From Squalus acanthias (Eukaryota), in NCBI GenBank assembly GCA_030390025.1, contig CM059433.1, positions 5,456,001 through 5,520,000 on the forward strand: a DNA stretch of 64,000 bases, written 5' to 3'. The notes under the pieces are model-generated. The model made no database searches. It was not told where the DNA came from and saw only the letters and a program-made list of their open reading frames with translations. Position 1 is the first letter of the stretch. Each line of letters opens with the position of its first letter. The position numbers and the translations under genes are program-made. Positions 36,800 to 49,680 of this stretch are shown here, piece by piece.

Positions 36800-37585
36800 C
36801 ATAGAATCATAGAATGGATGCAGCACAGAAGGAGGCCATTCAGCCCGTGCCAGCTCTCTGCAAAAGCACTTCAGCTAGTCCCACTCTCCCGCCCTTTCCC
36901 TGTAGCCCTGCAAAATGTTATTTCTTCAGGTACTTATCCAATTCCCTTTTGAAAGCCACGATTGAATCTGCCTCCACCACCCTTTCAGGCAGTGCATTCC
37001 AGATCATAATCATTCACTGCATAAAAAAGTTTTTCCTCATGTCGCCTTTGGTTCTTCTGCCTTAAATCACCTTAAATCTGTGTCCTCTGGTTCTTGACCC
37101 TTCCGCCAATGGGAACAGTTTCTCTCTATCTACTCTGTCTAGACCCCTCATGATTTTGAACACCTCTATCTCCTCTCAACCTTCTCTGCTCCAAGGAGAA
37201 CAACCCCAGCTTCTCTAGTCTATCCATGTAACTGAAGCCCCTCATCCCTGGAAACATTCCTGTAAATCTTTTCTGCACCCTCTCTAAGGCCTTCACATCC
37301 TTCCTAAAGTGCGGTGCCCAGAATTGGACACAATACTCCAGTTGAGGCCAAACCAGTGTTTTATAAAGGTTCATCATAACTTCCTTGCTTTTGTACTCTA
37401 TGCCTCTATTTATGAAGCCCAGGATCCTGTATGCTTTTTTAACCGCTTTCTCAACCTGCCCTGCCACCTTCAACAAATTGTGCACATATACCCCCAGGTC
37501 ACTCTGTTCAAGCACCCCCTTTAGAATTGTACCCTTTAGTTTATATTGCCTCTCCTCGTTCCTCCTACCAAAATGTATCACTGCA
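36800..37585 (-). mobile_element. CR1 3' fragment in the Myb intron
   Basis: ORF 37126-37602 (QLEYCVQFWAPH, LGLFSLEQRRLRGD); tail CATAGAATCATAGAA. Confidence 0.9.
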
Positions 37586-39148
37586 CCACAAGCCTCACAC
37601 ACTGCTCAATGCACCACACCCTCATCACTCTCCTACCAACAATCTCTAGCAATCACCACTCATACCTCACAATCATAGCTTCATCTCACCCTCACACACT
37701 TACAACTGCTGCAAGCCTCACACCCATGTCTCACACATTGCACACAATGTCAGCTATTCAACCATGACAGGCACATCACCCAAACACATTGCACCACACT
37801 CACTGACACACTTCCTTTTCTCCTGCAGGCCAAGGTGGCTCACAACCGCCGTGAGCAGCATCATACAGGCAGCATGAAGCACGTCTGCAGAACCTTACTG
37901 CGCAGGAGGAGACTGTGCAGGAGATCGTTGGAGGGGCCGTCACTGAGGCCGTGGCGAGCGGCGAGGTTGAAAGCATGGCGGATGACGGTATGCTCATACC
38001 TATCCTTATTCTCATATCCCACTTCCTCACATCCCACTTCCCCCTCATGGCACAATCTCTTCTCACTGCTGCTGATGGTGTAAGCATGCACATCTTGCTT
38101 TCCTCCTCTCCCCTCACCACATCCCGACCCATGTGCCTTTCTCCTTTCGGATACCCAAGAACTCCAACCAGCCCAGCCAGTGCAGGAAGAACAAGTACAG
38201 CCCAGCCAGTCCCCAATCAAATAGGAGAGTGATGGAGAAGTAGAAGCACCGTCACTCGACCTGACACTCCTAGGCGCCAAGTCAGAAAATGGCATGCTGG
38301 GTGTGATGGGAGATGTCGCAGCTTTCATTGCAGCACAAGCGGAAGCGACCCAACGCCAGAGTGCTGCACTGGTAGCTCAGGCTAATGCCATCGTGGCTGG
38401 GTTCACGAGTATGGAAAGGGGCTTGCCGGGTCTCACAACAGTCCAGCAATCTGTGCTCCAACAGATGGCTGGGAATGCTGAGGCACCGCCCCAGCAGAAT
38501 GGCAATGGCTCTGTGGAGCAAGAACCTGCTGTCATGATGACAGCATTCGTACTCACACCACTGCCACTCCGCCAATACCCTGGCTGCTGCCAGTCATGCA
38601 TTCACTCACCTTGACCGCTCGTGTGAGGTCATTAAACTTCTTGCGGCACTGCTTCCAGAGTGGCAATGAGGTGCTTCTGCAACAAAGCATCTCCCCTTTA
38701 AGAAGTGCAGAGAGCCTAGGCAAAATTTTATTGGCCCGTAGACTGCACCCGATATTGGCCCCCCTTGAGTGCTGAGCTCAGCGCTCCAATCATGTAAATG
38801 AGCAGGCAGCACGAATTTTGCGTGTTGCCTGCACTACTTCGAACAGGCGAGGGCAGATCGCGTTTCGCGATCCCTGTACCCGTTTTCGGGCCCCATCGAG
38901 TTTCACCCCCATTATTTCCTTGGCCCTCCACTTCGTCTTTCCAACAGGTTCAAAGTCTTTGCCCCGCCTCTGTGGTTCAAACCATATGTTCAAACTCTCA
39001 GCAACATCGTCCACATTTTGGAAACATAAATAATTAGTTCGGTTAGCGAGAACCGAAAACTTTCTCTGCCACCACTTCACCATCAGACCCGAAGCTTCCT
39101 ATTCTTAAAGGTTCAGCACTGCTGCTACTTTATTAGATCCTTTATAGT

Positions 39149-40760
39149 ACAACGACAACAACTTGTACTTAAATAGCACCTTTAACAGAGTAAAATGTCC
39201 CAAGGTGCTTCACACGAACGTTATCAAACAAAATTTGACACCGAAGGAGCTGTTCGGGCAGATGAAGGTAGATTTTAAGGAGCATCTTAAAGGAGGATAG
39301 ATAGGTAAACAGACGGAAAGGTTTAGGGAGGGAATTCCAGAGCTTAAGGCCTTGGCAGCTGGAGGCACGACCACCAAAGGTTGAGCGATTAAAATTAGGG
39401 ATGCTCAAGAGGCCAGAATTGGAGGAGCGCAGATATCTCAGAGGGTTGTGGGGCTGGAGATTACAGAGATAGGAAGGGGTGAGGCCATGGAGGGATTTGA
39501 AGACAAGGATGAGAATTTTAAAATCAATGTAAGTCAGCGAGCACAGGGGAGATGGACGAATGGGATTTGGTGTGAGTTAGGACACGGGCAGCTGAGTTTT
39601 GGATGACCTCAAGTTTACATAGGGTAGAATGTGGGAGGCCAGCCAGGAGTGCGTTGGAATAGTCAAGTCTAGAGGTAACAAAGGCATGGATGAGGGTTTC
39701 AGCAGCGGATGAGCTGAGGCAGGGGCGGAGACGGGCGATGTTACGGAGGTGGAAATAGACGATATTAGTAATGGCGCGTATATGTGGTCGGCAGCTTAGG
39801 GTCAAATATGACACCAAAGTTGTGAAAAGTCTGGTTCAGCCTCAGACTGTTGCCAGGAGAGGGCTGGAGTCAGTGGCTAGGGAACAGAGTTTGTGGCGGG
39901 GACCGAAGACAAATGGCTTTGGTCTTCCCAATATTTAATTGGAAGAAATTTCTGCTCACTGGATGTCGGACAAGCAGTGTGACAATTTAGAGACAGTGGA
40001 GGGGTCGAGAGAGATGGTGGTAGTGAGGTAGAGCTGGGTGTTGTCAGCGTACATATGGAAAGTGACGCTGTGTTTTTGGATGATGTCGCCAAGGGGCAGC
40101 ATGTAGATGAGAAACAGGAGGGGGCCAAGGATAGATCCTTGGGGGAGACCAGAGGTAACGATTCGCTGGCTATGACTGTATAAATAAGAATGGAACCAGG
40201 CGAGTGCAGTCCCACCCAGCTGGACGACGGTGGAGAGACGTTGGCGAAGGATGGTGTGGTCAACCGTGTCAAAGGCTGCAGACAGGTCGAGAAGGACGAG
40301 GAGGGATAGTTTACCTTTGTCACAGTCACATCAGATGTCATTTGTGACTTTGATGAGAGCCGTTTCGCTACTGTGACGGGCAGAAACCTGATTAGAGGGA
40401 TTCAAACATGGAGTTGTGGGAAAGATGGGCATGGATTTTGGAAAGGGAGGTTGGAGTTGGGGGCAGTAGTTTGCAAGGAGGGAGGGTCAAGGGTAGTTTT
40501 TTTGAGGAGAGGGGTGATGATGGCAGATTTGAAGGAGAGGGGACAATACCTAAGGAGAGAGAACCGTTAACAATATTAACTAACATGGGAGCCAGGAAGG
40601 GAAGTTTGGTGGTCAGCAGTTTAGTGGGAATAAGGTCGAGGGAGCAGGAGGTGGGGCTCATGGACAAGATGAGCTCGGAGAGGGCATGAGGGGAGATAGG
40701 AGAGAAACTGGAGAAAGATGTGAGTTCAGGGCTGGGGCAGGGGAGAATCTGAGCAACAGA
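39149..40760 (-). mobile_element. L2 LINE (RT and 3' end), decayed
   Basis: YFHLRNIARLRP..LIHAFVTSRLDYSNALL, TSCSLDLIPTKLL, WNSLP; (CAA)n tail at 39149. Confidence 0.92.
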
Positions 40761-42529
40761 GCTAATCTTAATATATTTAAATATCAAATGTGATTTGTTT
40801 TAAAACAGAATCGTATGGGTTGACCCAGTGAAAAAAAACATCAAAAGTTCACTGCAATCCAGCTGCAAAATGCATTGGCACATTAATGTGTGGTATGCAA
40901 CAGAAAGGTTAGACTGTCCCACAGTATTGAGAAGCCTTTCATTCACATTGATTTCCATCAGAATTGTGTTGAAAATGAAACCAAGAATAAATAATACAAA
41001 ATCTTTACAGCATAGAGCAACTCTTTCATGGCAATAAGAAAATACTCTTATGGGCATTGCTGCCATTGTATTAGCATGTTGTGAAATAATAAATGACCGG
41101 GACCACATAAATCGCAAACTCCCGGTGAACATTTCTGTCAAGTATGAAAATAGATGCAGCTCTTTTCAACTTCATTTCCGGTTACTAAAATACATTTAAT
41201 CAGGAAGCTTTGCTACATATGCAGACTTCAGATGTGATTTCTTATGGTAATTAAGGTATTCCAAAAGGATGGCTGTGGGCGTTAATTAATACAGTACCTG
41301 TTGCCAGGGGCTTTCAGACTTACAGCACAAATGTTTTTTTCTCAGTTTAGTGACCTTTGTATGGCCCGCGTATAACAGTTATGTGACAGGCAAACATGGC
41401 TCACGACAGACTGCAATTTATTAAATCAGAGAAAAGGCTGCACGAAAACAAAATATGAGGGAGGATTAAGTGATCTGAGGCAAAGGAACATCAAAGAAAA
41501 TGTATTCAGGTACCAACTGCAGCCAGGCTGATAGACTTCCCTTTTTTAATCCAAAATTATTTCAGCTTCAAAGAGATCTTTCAACTTTAAAGAGAAAGAC
41601 TATTGCAAATCATTTTCCTAGATGTTGCTCCCTTCAGAGATGTGTTGCTAGTTATCTGGTAATATAGTGTGTTTCACAACAAAGTCACCATAAACGAATG
41701 CTCAGCAGTTCTTGGTTTTTCTAATTTTAATGATGATTCTACTGAAGTTGAATTGACCTTTATTGCAATGATTAGTTGCTGAAAATTAATAATGCACGTC
41801 GGCTTTAGGCTGTGTGAACTTGACCAGTGGCCGCTTTTATACTATGATATCAGTGCAGCTGATGGAAGGAGACTTCCTCTGTCAACTGCACTCCAACGGC
41901 GTAAACAAACCTTCCTGTTTTATTCTGGTTGCCATTGTAGCTCCATTGAAGTGTGGGTCTGCGATTCTGCCATTGGGGTCAGCGAGCTGATTGTAGCAAT
42001 GTAAACACAGGAAGCTGGTGCATGGAGATTGCTCCCCGGTGGCCCTAACTGTAGAAGTGCCAAATATAAGAGCACCGTAGTAGACAAACAGAGGCGCTCC
42101 TACTCTCAGGCATCTCCAGTACTCTTTAACCAATAGAATTCCCACAGTGGAGTTTACTAGCTACATCTTTTTGTTTTATGTGCAAAATGACTAGATTTTA
42201 CTTGTGACTTTTTGTTCCAATTTCCTCCCCATTTTTGTCCATTTGTCTTCTGAAGACCTTTACTTGGGTATAGTTCATGGTGTACTGGTAGCCTTTTGGT
42301 ATTTCACCTAAGCGGGCTAAGATACCCTCCACAGTTAATAGCCTACCGGTAGGCGTAGATAAACAAGTTGACTGTGGATGACATCATAGCCAAGCCCAAT
42401 TCAGTCTTGCCTGCATTTTTCAGCAGGAACCACAATTAATGATCTGGGGGGTGGGAATCCTGGTTGATTTTGTTTCCCCTTCCCTAGCTCAATGGTGCTG
42501 AAGCCAACTGTAGCACCTCAGTTGCTGTC

Positions 42530-43090
42530 CTTCTACATTTTAAGAAGGAGAGAGAGATGAAATAAGAAGGAATGGTTTAGGAAGCACGATCCAGAAAGGG
42601 CGGGGGGGAGAAGGGAGGAATAAGGTGGCTAAAAGCTCTGCCAATTATAGTAGAGGGAGATTGAAACCAAAGTTGGAAGAGCAGAGGTTATCAAGAGGAA
42701 AGTTGGGCTGGAGGAGATTGCTGCATTCGGGAGGAGCGAGGTCTTGGAGTTATTTTTAGACAAGGATTGGGACTTTCAAGTTGATGCACTGAGAGACAGA
42801 GAGCCAGTGGAGGTTGCAGCTAGGAAGGTAATAGGTGTGTGGGACTTTGTGCAGACGTGGGTGGTGGAGTTCTGGTTGAGTTGGAGTTTATGTAGGATGA
42901 AGCCCAGAAGGCTAGTAAGGAGGCCATTGGAAAAGTCCAGTTTGGAGATGATAAAGACATGAATGAGGTTACAGCCAAAGTAAGGTGAGAGATGGAGTGA
43001 GGAGCGATAGAGGTCAGTGATAATTTGGATTTGGGAGTAGACAGTCTTGGCTGTGGACTGGATGTTTGGTTCGAAGCTCAGCTCAGGAAC
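42530..43090 (-). mobile_element. Older L2 3' fragment
   Basis: LIHVFIISKLDFSNGLL..KLQLNQNS..PIT in ORF 42776-43222. Confidence 0.75.
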
Positions 43091-43629
43091 TCGATGCCTT
43101 TTTAATTTATCAGTGTAACAAAGGTAGCCATTGTAACTTGGAGCTGCATGCGTGCCTTTCTGAAGTAAAAGCATGTTTGGTAACCCATGGTACAACTGTA
43201 AAGTCATCTTAGGGCTTTGCATGGGTCAGAATAAATGTGCAGCTCTGTAGGTTGACGGGTAATATTTTGTATCAAACCTATGTGGGTCATCTACCTGGTA
43301 GAGAGTACTGTTAGTCAGCTTTACTTTGGCAGTTTTAAGGTCATCCATCTTTCACTTCATTTTCCAGATCCTGAGGGTACTGTGCACAACATTGACCCTG
43401 GCCACTAGCTCTTGGAGAGTACCCTAGAGTGCCGAACAGAGCAACCCTCCTCACTTACCTCATGAAACAGCACCATCTAAGAACTACTTGGAGGAGAGTC
43501 AGCGACTTGGGGCTTCCTTATATTTCCATCTGGATCTGCCTAGTGTTTGACAGACTTCATCACATTTGAATCCTCTTTCTTAGTGAGGCAATTGAAAAAT
43601 ATCCTTTCAAATCTCCACCAAGACCTGTA

Positions 43630-45790
43630 GGGCTAAAAATTCGGGTGGTTTGCGCCACCCATTATCACCATGAAATGGTGAAAAAACAGCAGCAAGTACT
43701 CTTCTGCCAGCTGGTGGCGGGTCCCGCGGCGGCCGCCATTTTGCGAGGGCCGGTAGCGCTGCCGATAAACGCGATTGCTGGAGGGATTTAAGTTAACGAG
43801 ATTGTGACATCAATGAGTGTGCAACACTCACCTGACGCCTGGTCTGCAGCATTAGATTTTGCCGTTCAACTTACTGGCATGCCTAAACAACAATAAGGAG
43901 AGCAAGCATTCAACAGCAGAAAGGAGACTCCAGCAATGATATTTAAAGGGATCCTCATCAATCAGTTGCGCCTGACCTGCTTATGCAGTTTGAGTGGCTC
44001 TGTGCTACTTTCTGCAACTCCAACAGCTTTCTTAACTTCTTGCAAGGTTCTAAGGTAACAGGGAATGTTGTTGCAAGTGCAGAACGCCTTCATTATTTTT
44101 TAAAGACTTCTGCTCACGACACTTACTCACAGTCACGAGGGCTAAACTGGCAGTTGACCTCATGCTCCGGGATCTTCGGCAGAGGGAGCGGAGGCAGCGA
44201 GGAAGATGGGAACATACGCGCAGAGGGAGGAGGAGGAGGGCCATGAGGGATCTCAGCAAGAGGCCTTACCCACCTAGGGTCTTCTGACAGCACTTCTGCT
44301 ACCTCCACTTAAGTGAGGAGCAGTGTCTTAGGAGGTTACGCCTCACCAAACAGGTGGTCACAGAACTCTGCCACCTCCTGCAACCAGACCTCGAGCCTCA
44401 GATCAGGGTGACCACGGCTCTCCCAGTGGCAGTCAAAGTCACCGTGCCCTCAATTTCTTCGCCAGCGGATCCTTCCAGTCTGCAGCAGGAGACAGAGCTA
44501 ACATCTCACAGCTCGCTGTCCATCGCTGCATCCGGGAGTTCACTGAGGCTCTCTACACCAGGAGAAGGGACTACGTTGTATTCTCTCTCAGCAGAGATAA
44601 GCAGAACGAGTACACATGTGGCTTTGCCAGGATAGCGGGCTTCCCCATGGTGCAGGGCGCCACCGACTGAACCCACGTGGGTTTGCGGGCACCACATAAC
44701 AATCCTGAGATCTTCTGTAACCGCAAAGGCTACCACTCATTTAATGTGCAGTTGGTGTGCGACCACGCACAGCGAATCCTCAATGTCAATGCCCACTATC
44801 CTGGCATCAACATCGTGGCACCCAATTATCTGGAGTACTTGCTCCTCCAGCTGGCTGAAGCCCTGCATGTCCACCTGGCACCCGCAGGTCTGTTGCTGCT
44901 CCCGGTCATTATGTGCCAACTTGGCCTGCAAGAGAAAGAGAAGTGTGTGTGAGTGAGTGTGGTGCAATGTGTTTGGGTGATGTGCTTTAGTTGAATAGCT
45001 GTCAGTGTGTGCAAGGTGTGAGATGTGGGTGTGAGTGTTGCAGCAGTGGTGAGGTTGTAAAGGTGAAGTAAAGCCATGATCGTGAGGTGTGAGTGGTGAT
45101 AGGTAAGAGTTGTTGGTAGGTGAGTGATGGGGGTGTGATGCATTGAGCAGTGTGTGAGGCTTGTGGTGCAAATGGTGGTATGTGGCATTTGCTGAAGCCT
45201 TCACTCACCTTGACCACCCGTATGAGGTCATTAAACTTCTTCCTGCACTGGATGGCGGTCCTGGGTCACATGGTTCGCAATCTCCTGCCACGTTTCAGGA
45301 TGTATAGGGCGTGAGCTTCCTGCTAGTTTACGGGTAGAGGACAGCCCGCCTCCTTTCCACGGCGAATACCAGTGCCTCTAGAGCTTCATCTGAGAATCTC
45401 CGGGCTCTCTCCCTGGGGCCACGATCTGCCATCATGATTTGTACAGAACTCATCCTTGTCCTTGACCTTCGTCTTATGGTTGTTGGGGCAGCTGCAAACC
45501 CAACTACCCTGACAAAAAAGTGCTGCAGCATCAATGCACCTCCCCTTTAAGTAGTGGAAAAAGCCTGTGGCAAACACATGACTGTTAATTAGACTGGCCC
45601 CGATATTGGTCCACCTGTTGAGCGTTAAGCCAATGAGCATCAGTTTTAGCGTTGAAATCACGACTATAATCAGGATAATGAAGAGAGAGCACGAATTTTG
45701 CGTGCTACCTGGACCATTTTCAGGTGGCGCAGCTTAACCTCGTTTGGCCTTAACACTGCCCATTTCATGGCTATATCCGATTTTTAGCCC
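43630..45790 (+). mobile_element. Internally deleted Harbinger with both TIRs and a GTA TSD
   Basis: GTA-GGGCTAAAAATTCGG ... CCGATTTTTAGCCC-GTA; transposase remnant + (NRKGYHSFNVQLVCDH..NAHYPG) fused at ~44805 to minus-strand Myb exons (RFSDEALEALV..RRAVLYP). Confidence 0.93.
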
Positions 45791-46141
45791 GTAGTGCCTT
45801 GCTGGTAAAAGGTGATTTTCTCTGCTGGCATTCAGCTATTTTATTGCATGTTCCACAGCTGGATTAATTAACTTTTGACATTTATATCAGTTAAGTGGTT
45901 TGCTAGCAGTTTGAGAATAGTTAAAGGATCGCTTTTGCTAGTGAATTGTGAATGTTGCCATTTTTTCATTATTATAAAATCACATTCTCAGGAATTGCAC
46001 TTCACTTCTTGACAAAACAACGAAGGTCGACTGGATTCATGGAGAGCTGCCGTGACAAATGTCAATTTGGGCTGTGAGACACAGCAAGACACGAGTTGAG
46101 CAACTTGAAGACTATTGCATTTTCACAGAACATTTAATTCT

Positions 46142-46975
46142 TGCTTTGCCACAAACTCGGTTCCCAAGCCACTGACTCCATCCCTCTCCCTAACATCTGT
46201 CTGAGACTGAACCACACTGTTCGCAACCTTGGTGTCATATTTGACCCTGAAATGAGCTTCCGACCGCATATCCGCAGCATAACAAAGACCGCCTACTTCC
46301 ACCTCCGTAACATCGCCCGTCTCCGCCCTTGCCTCAGCTCATCCGCTGCTGAAACCCTCATCCATGCCTTTGTTACCTCTAGACTTGACTCTTCCAACGC
46401 ACTCCTAGCTGGCATCCCACATTCCACCCTACGTAAACTTGAGGTCATCCAAAACTCGGCTGCCCGTGTCCTAACTCGCACCAAGTCCCGTTCGCCCATC
46501 ACCCCTGTGCTCGCTGACCTACATTGGCTCCCAGTTAAGCAGCGCCTCGATTTCAAAATTCTCATCCTTGTTTTCAAATCCCTCCATGGCCTCGCCCCTC
46601 CCTATCTCTGTAAGCTCCTTCAGCCCCACAACACCGCCCCCCCCCCCCCCCCCGAGATATCTGCGCTCCTCTAATTCTGCCCTCTTGAGGATCCCTGATT
46701 ATAATCGCTCAACCTTTGGTGGCCGTGCCTTCTGTTGCCTGGGCCCTAAGCTCTGGAATTCCCTGCCTAAGCCTGTCTGCCTCGCTACCTCTCTCTCCTC
46801 CTTTAAGACGCTCCTTAAAACCTACCTCTTTGACCAAGCTTTTGGTCACCTGCCCTATTATCCTTATGTGGATCGGTGTCAAATTTTTGTCTTAAAATAC
46901 TCCTGTGCAGCGCCTTGGGACGTTTTACTACATTAAAGGCGCTATATAAATACAAGTTGTTGTTATTGTTGTTGA
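46142..46975 (+). mobile_element. L2 LINE 3' fragment
   Basis: VRNLGVIFD..AYFHLRNI..LHWLPVKQRLDFKILILVFKSLHGLAPPYL, GRAF..LWNSLP; (TTG)n tail. Confidence 0.93.
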
Positions 46976-48129
46976 TGATTCAAAGTTTTGCTGTTTTTTC
47001 TGTTTGTGAGTGTCCTGGTGGGAAATGCTTAGAAATGTTGCATTTTCAGAGAGGTTATAATTTGCTATAGAAATATCAATTGTTTTAGCTTAATTACAGT
47101 TATATTATGTATACATTCTTGAAACAACTTCTTTGTGTGAATCTACGGAAGATATCCTTCCATATTAAATCTTCTCTGCCAATTCACCTTGCTCCAAGCC
47201 CAAAGAACAAAATAACTGTAATGTAGCTTCTGTCCATTCTTTATAAGCACTCATATATATGCCGCAGGGAGAATTAGTTTGAAATATTTCTTTGGTGCAG
47301 ATTTCTCACATGCAATAAGACTGCTTTTCCTGTCACCATGACTGGTAGCCCCAGTGTGGAAGGGGATGGGTCAGTGGTTGGAAAATCAGGTGGCGATGAC
47401 TCTTGCCACCCATTATGTACCATGCAATCATCTTCAAAGTCTGGCTTAAAATTTCTTGCACAAAACACACAGGGACATCACCTCAGTATTACAATCAATG
47501 AAATGAGATGGAAATTGGCATAGGCACGATTCCCCAATCTTCTTGCTGTGCGCTCAAATCACCCATATAAAATGGGTGATCAGAGTCAGGTATATAGTTG
47601 GTGAATAGTTAAATGGTATTTCAATAGAGACCAGCTGTAATTTTATTTGGAGCACCTATGAAAGTGGACTTTAACTTTGGGCTTGTATGAGAAAAAAATT
47701 TCAGTGGTTTTTTATGGCAGTTTCTTTATTTTTGGAGGTTTTCATCCCAGATTGTCGGCAACAAGATTTATCATTGCTACAATCAAAATTCTGCATATGG
47801 GAAATCCAAAGGGTGAAAGGAGAGAGGCGAAGCAGGTTCAACTCCACGACAGGCGGACTGCCCACAGCTGCTCATACCCATGCAGTTGGGTCTAAGGATC
47901 CAAGCATACCTTCCTCGAATGTTACCAGGGAAAACTGCCTTTACAAGCTCCACCTCACCAGGGAGGCAGTGTTAGGGTTGTGCCATTTGCTTGAATCTAA
48001 CCTGTAAACAACCTTCGTCAGTCAAGATCATCACATCCGTAATCTTTTTCTGCTTCAGGCCCATTCCAAGCTACCACAGGGAACATCAGTCAGTTTGCAG
48101 TATAGCTTGGTATAATCAGGAATGTTTCG

Positions 48130-49680
48130 GTCTCTTAGTAGCCATGCTTGTTGTCTTCCTTCTCCAAATAGCCGCTTAAAGAGGAATGCCTCTAGCCAAG
48201 CTGTTCAAGTACAGCTACAACACTGGCATCTATCCGGCAATGTGGAAAACTGCCCAGGTATGTCCTGTCCACAAAAAGCAGGACAAATCCAACCCGGCCA
48301 ATTACCGCCCCATCAGTCTACTCTCAATCATCAGCAAATTGATGGAAGGTGTCATCGACAGTGCTATCAAGCGGCACTTAGTCACCAATAACCTGCTCGC
48401 TGATGCCCAGTTTGGATTCCGCCAAGACCACTCGGCTCCCGACCTCATTACAGCCTTGGTCCAAACATGGACAAAGGAGCTGAATTCTAGAGGTGAGGTG
48501 AGAGTGACTGCCCTTGACATCAAGGCAGCATTTGACCGAGTCTGGCATCAAGGAGCCCTAGTAAAACTGAAGTCAATGGGAATCAGGGGGAAAACACGCC
48601 ACTGGCTGGAGTCATATCTAGCACAAAGGAAGATGGTTGTGGTGGTTGAAGGTCAATCATCACAGCCCCAGGACATCGCTGCAGGAGTTCCTCAGGGCAG
48701 TGTCCTAGGCCCAACCATCTTCAGCTGCTTCATCAATGACCTTCCTTCCAATATAAGGTCAGAAATGGGGATGTTCGCTGATGACTGCACAGTGTTCAGC
48801 GCCATTCGCAATTCCACAGATAATGAAGCAGCCCATGCCTGCATGCAACAAGACCTGGACGACGTTCAGGCTTGGGCTGATAAGTGGCAGGGAACATTCG
48901 CGCCACAGAAGTGCCAGGCAATGACTATCTCCAACAAGTGAGAGTCTAACCACCTCCCCTTGACATTCAATGGCATTACCATCGCCAAATCCCCCACTAT
49001 CAACATCCTGGGGGTCACCATTAACCAGAAACTTAACTGGACCACCCACATAAATACTGTGGCAACAAGAGCAGGTCAGAGGCTAGGTATTCTGCGGTGA
49101 GTGTCTCACCTCCTGACTCCCCAAAGCCTTTCCACCATCTACAAGGCATAAGTAAGGAGTGTGATGGAATACTCTCCACTTGCCTGGATGAGTGCAGCTC
49201 CAACAACACTCAAGAAGCTCAACACCATCCAGGACAAAGCAGCCCTCTTGATTGGCACCCCATCCACCACCTTAAACATTCACTCCCTCCACCACCGGCG
49301 CACCGTGGCTGCAGTGTGTACCATCTACAAGATGCACTGCAGCAACTCACCAAGGCCTCTTCGGCAGCACCTCCCAAACCCGCGACCTCTTCCACCTAGA
49401 AGGACAAGGGCAGCAGGCGCATGGGAACACCACCACCTCCAAGTTCCCCTCCAAATCACACACCATCCTGACTTAGAATTATATCGCCGATCCTTCATCG
49501 TCGCTGGGTCAAAATCCTGGAACTCCCTCCCTAACAGCACTGTGGGAGTACCTTCACCACACGGACTGCAGCGGTTCAAGAAGGCGGCTCACCACCACCT
49601 TCTCCAGGGCAACTAGGGATGGGCAATAAATGCTGGCATTGCCCACATCCCATAAACGAATAAAAAAGAAATTTAAAAAA
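48130..49680 (+). mobile_element. Third-family CR1-group LINE, RT plus 3' end
   Basis: ORF 48186-48941 NYRPISLLS, QFGFR, ALDIKAAFDRVWH, GVPQGSVLGP, MFADD; A-rich tail. Confidence 0.92.

Larger units (their letters stand above)
36236..38910 (+). mobile_element. Non-autonomous Harbinger derivative with ~280-bp inverted termini and a Myb/SANT pseudogene
   Basis: 36236-36515 is the reverse complement (imperfect) of ~38650-38910; no transposase motif seen between them. Confidence 0.8.

Noticed and set aside
38790..39083. Protein-like minus-strand ORF and a plus-strand acceptor TTTCCAACAG|G
   Set aside because: The ORF runs into a transposon end, no family is recognised, and all plus frames stop within ~90 nt without a good donor.
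40800..41141. 113-aa ORF in unique DNA
   Set aside because: No recognisable domain or splice support.
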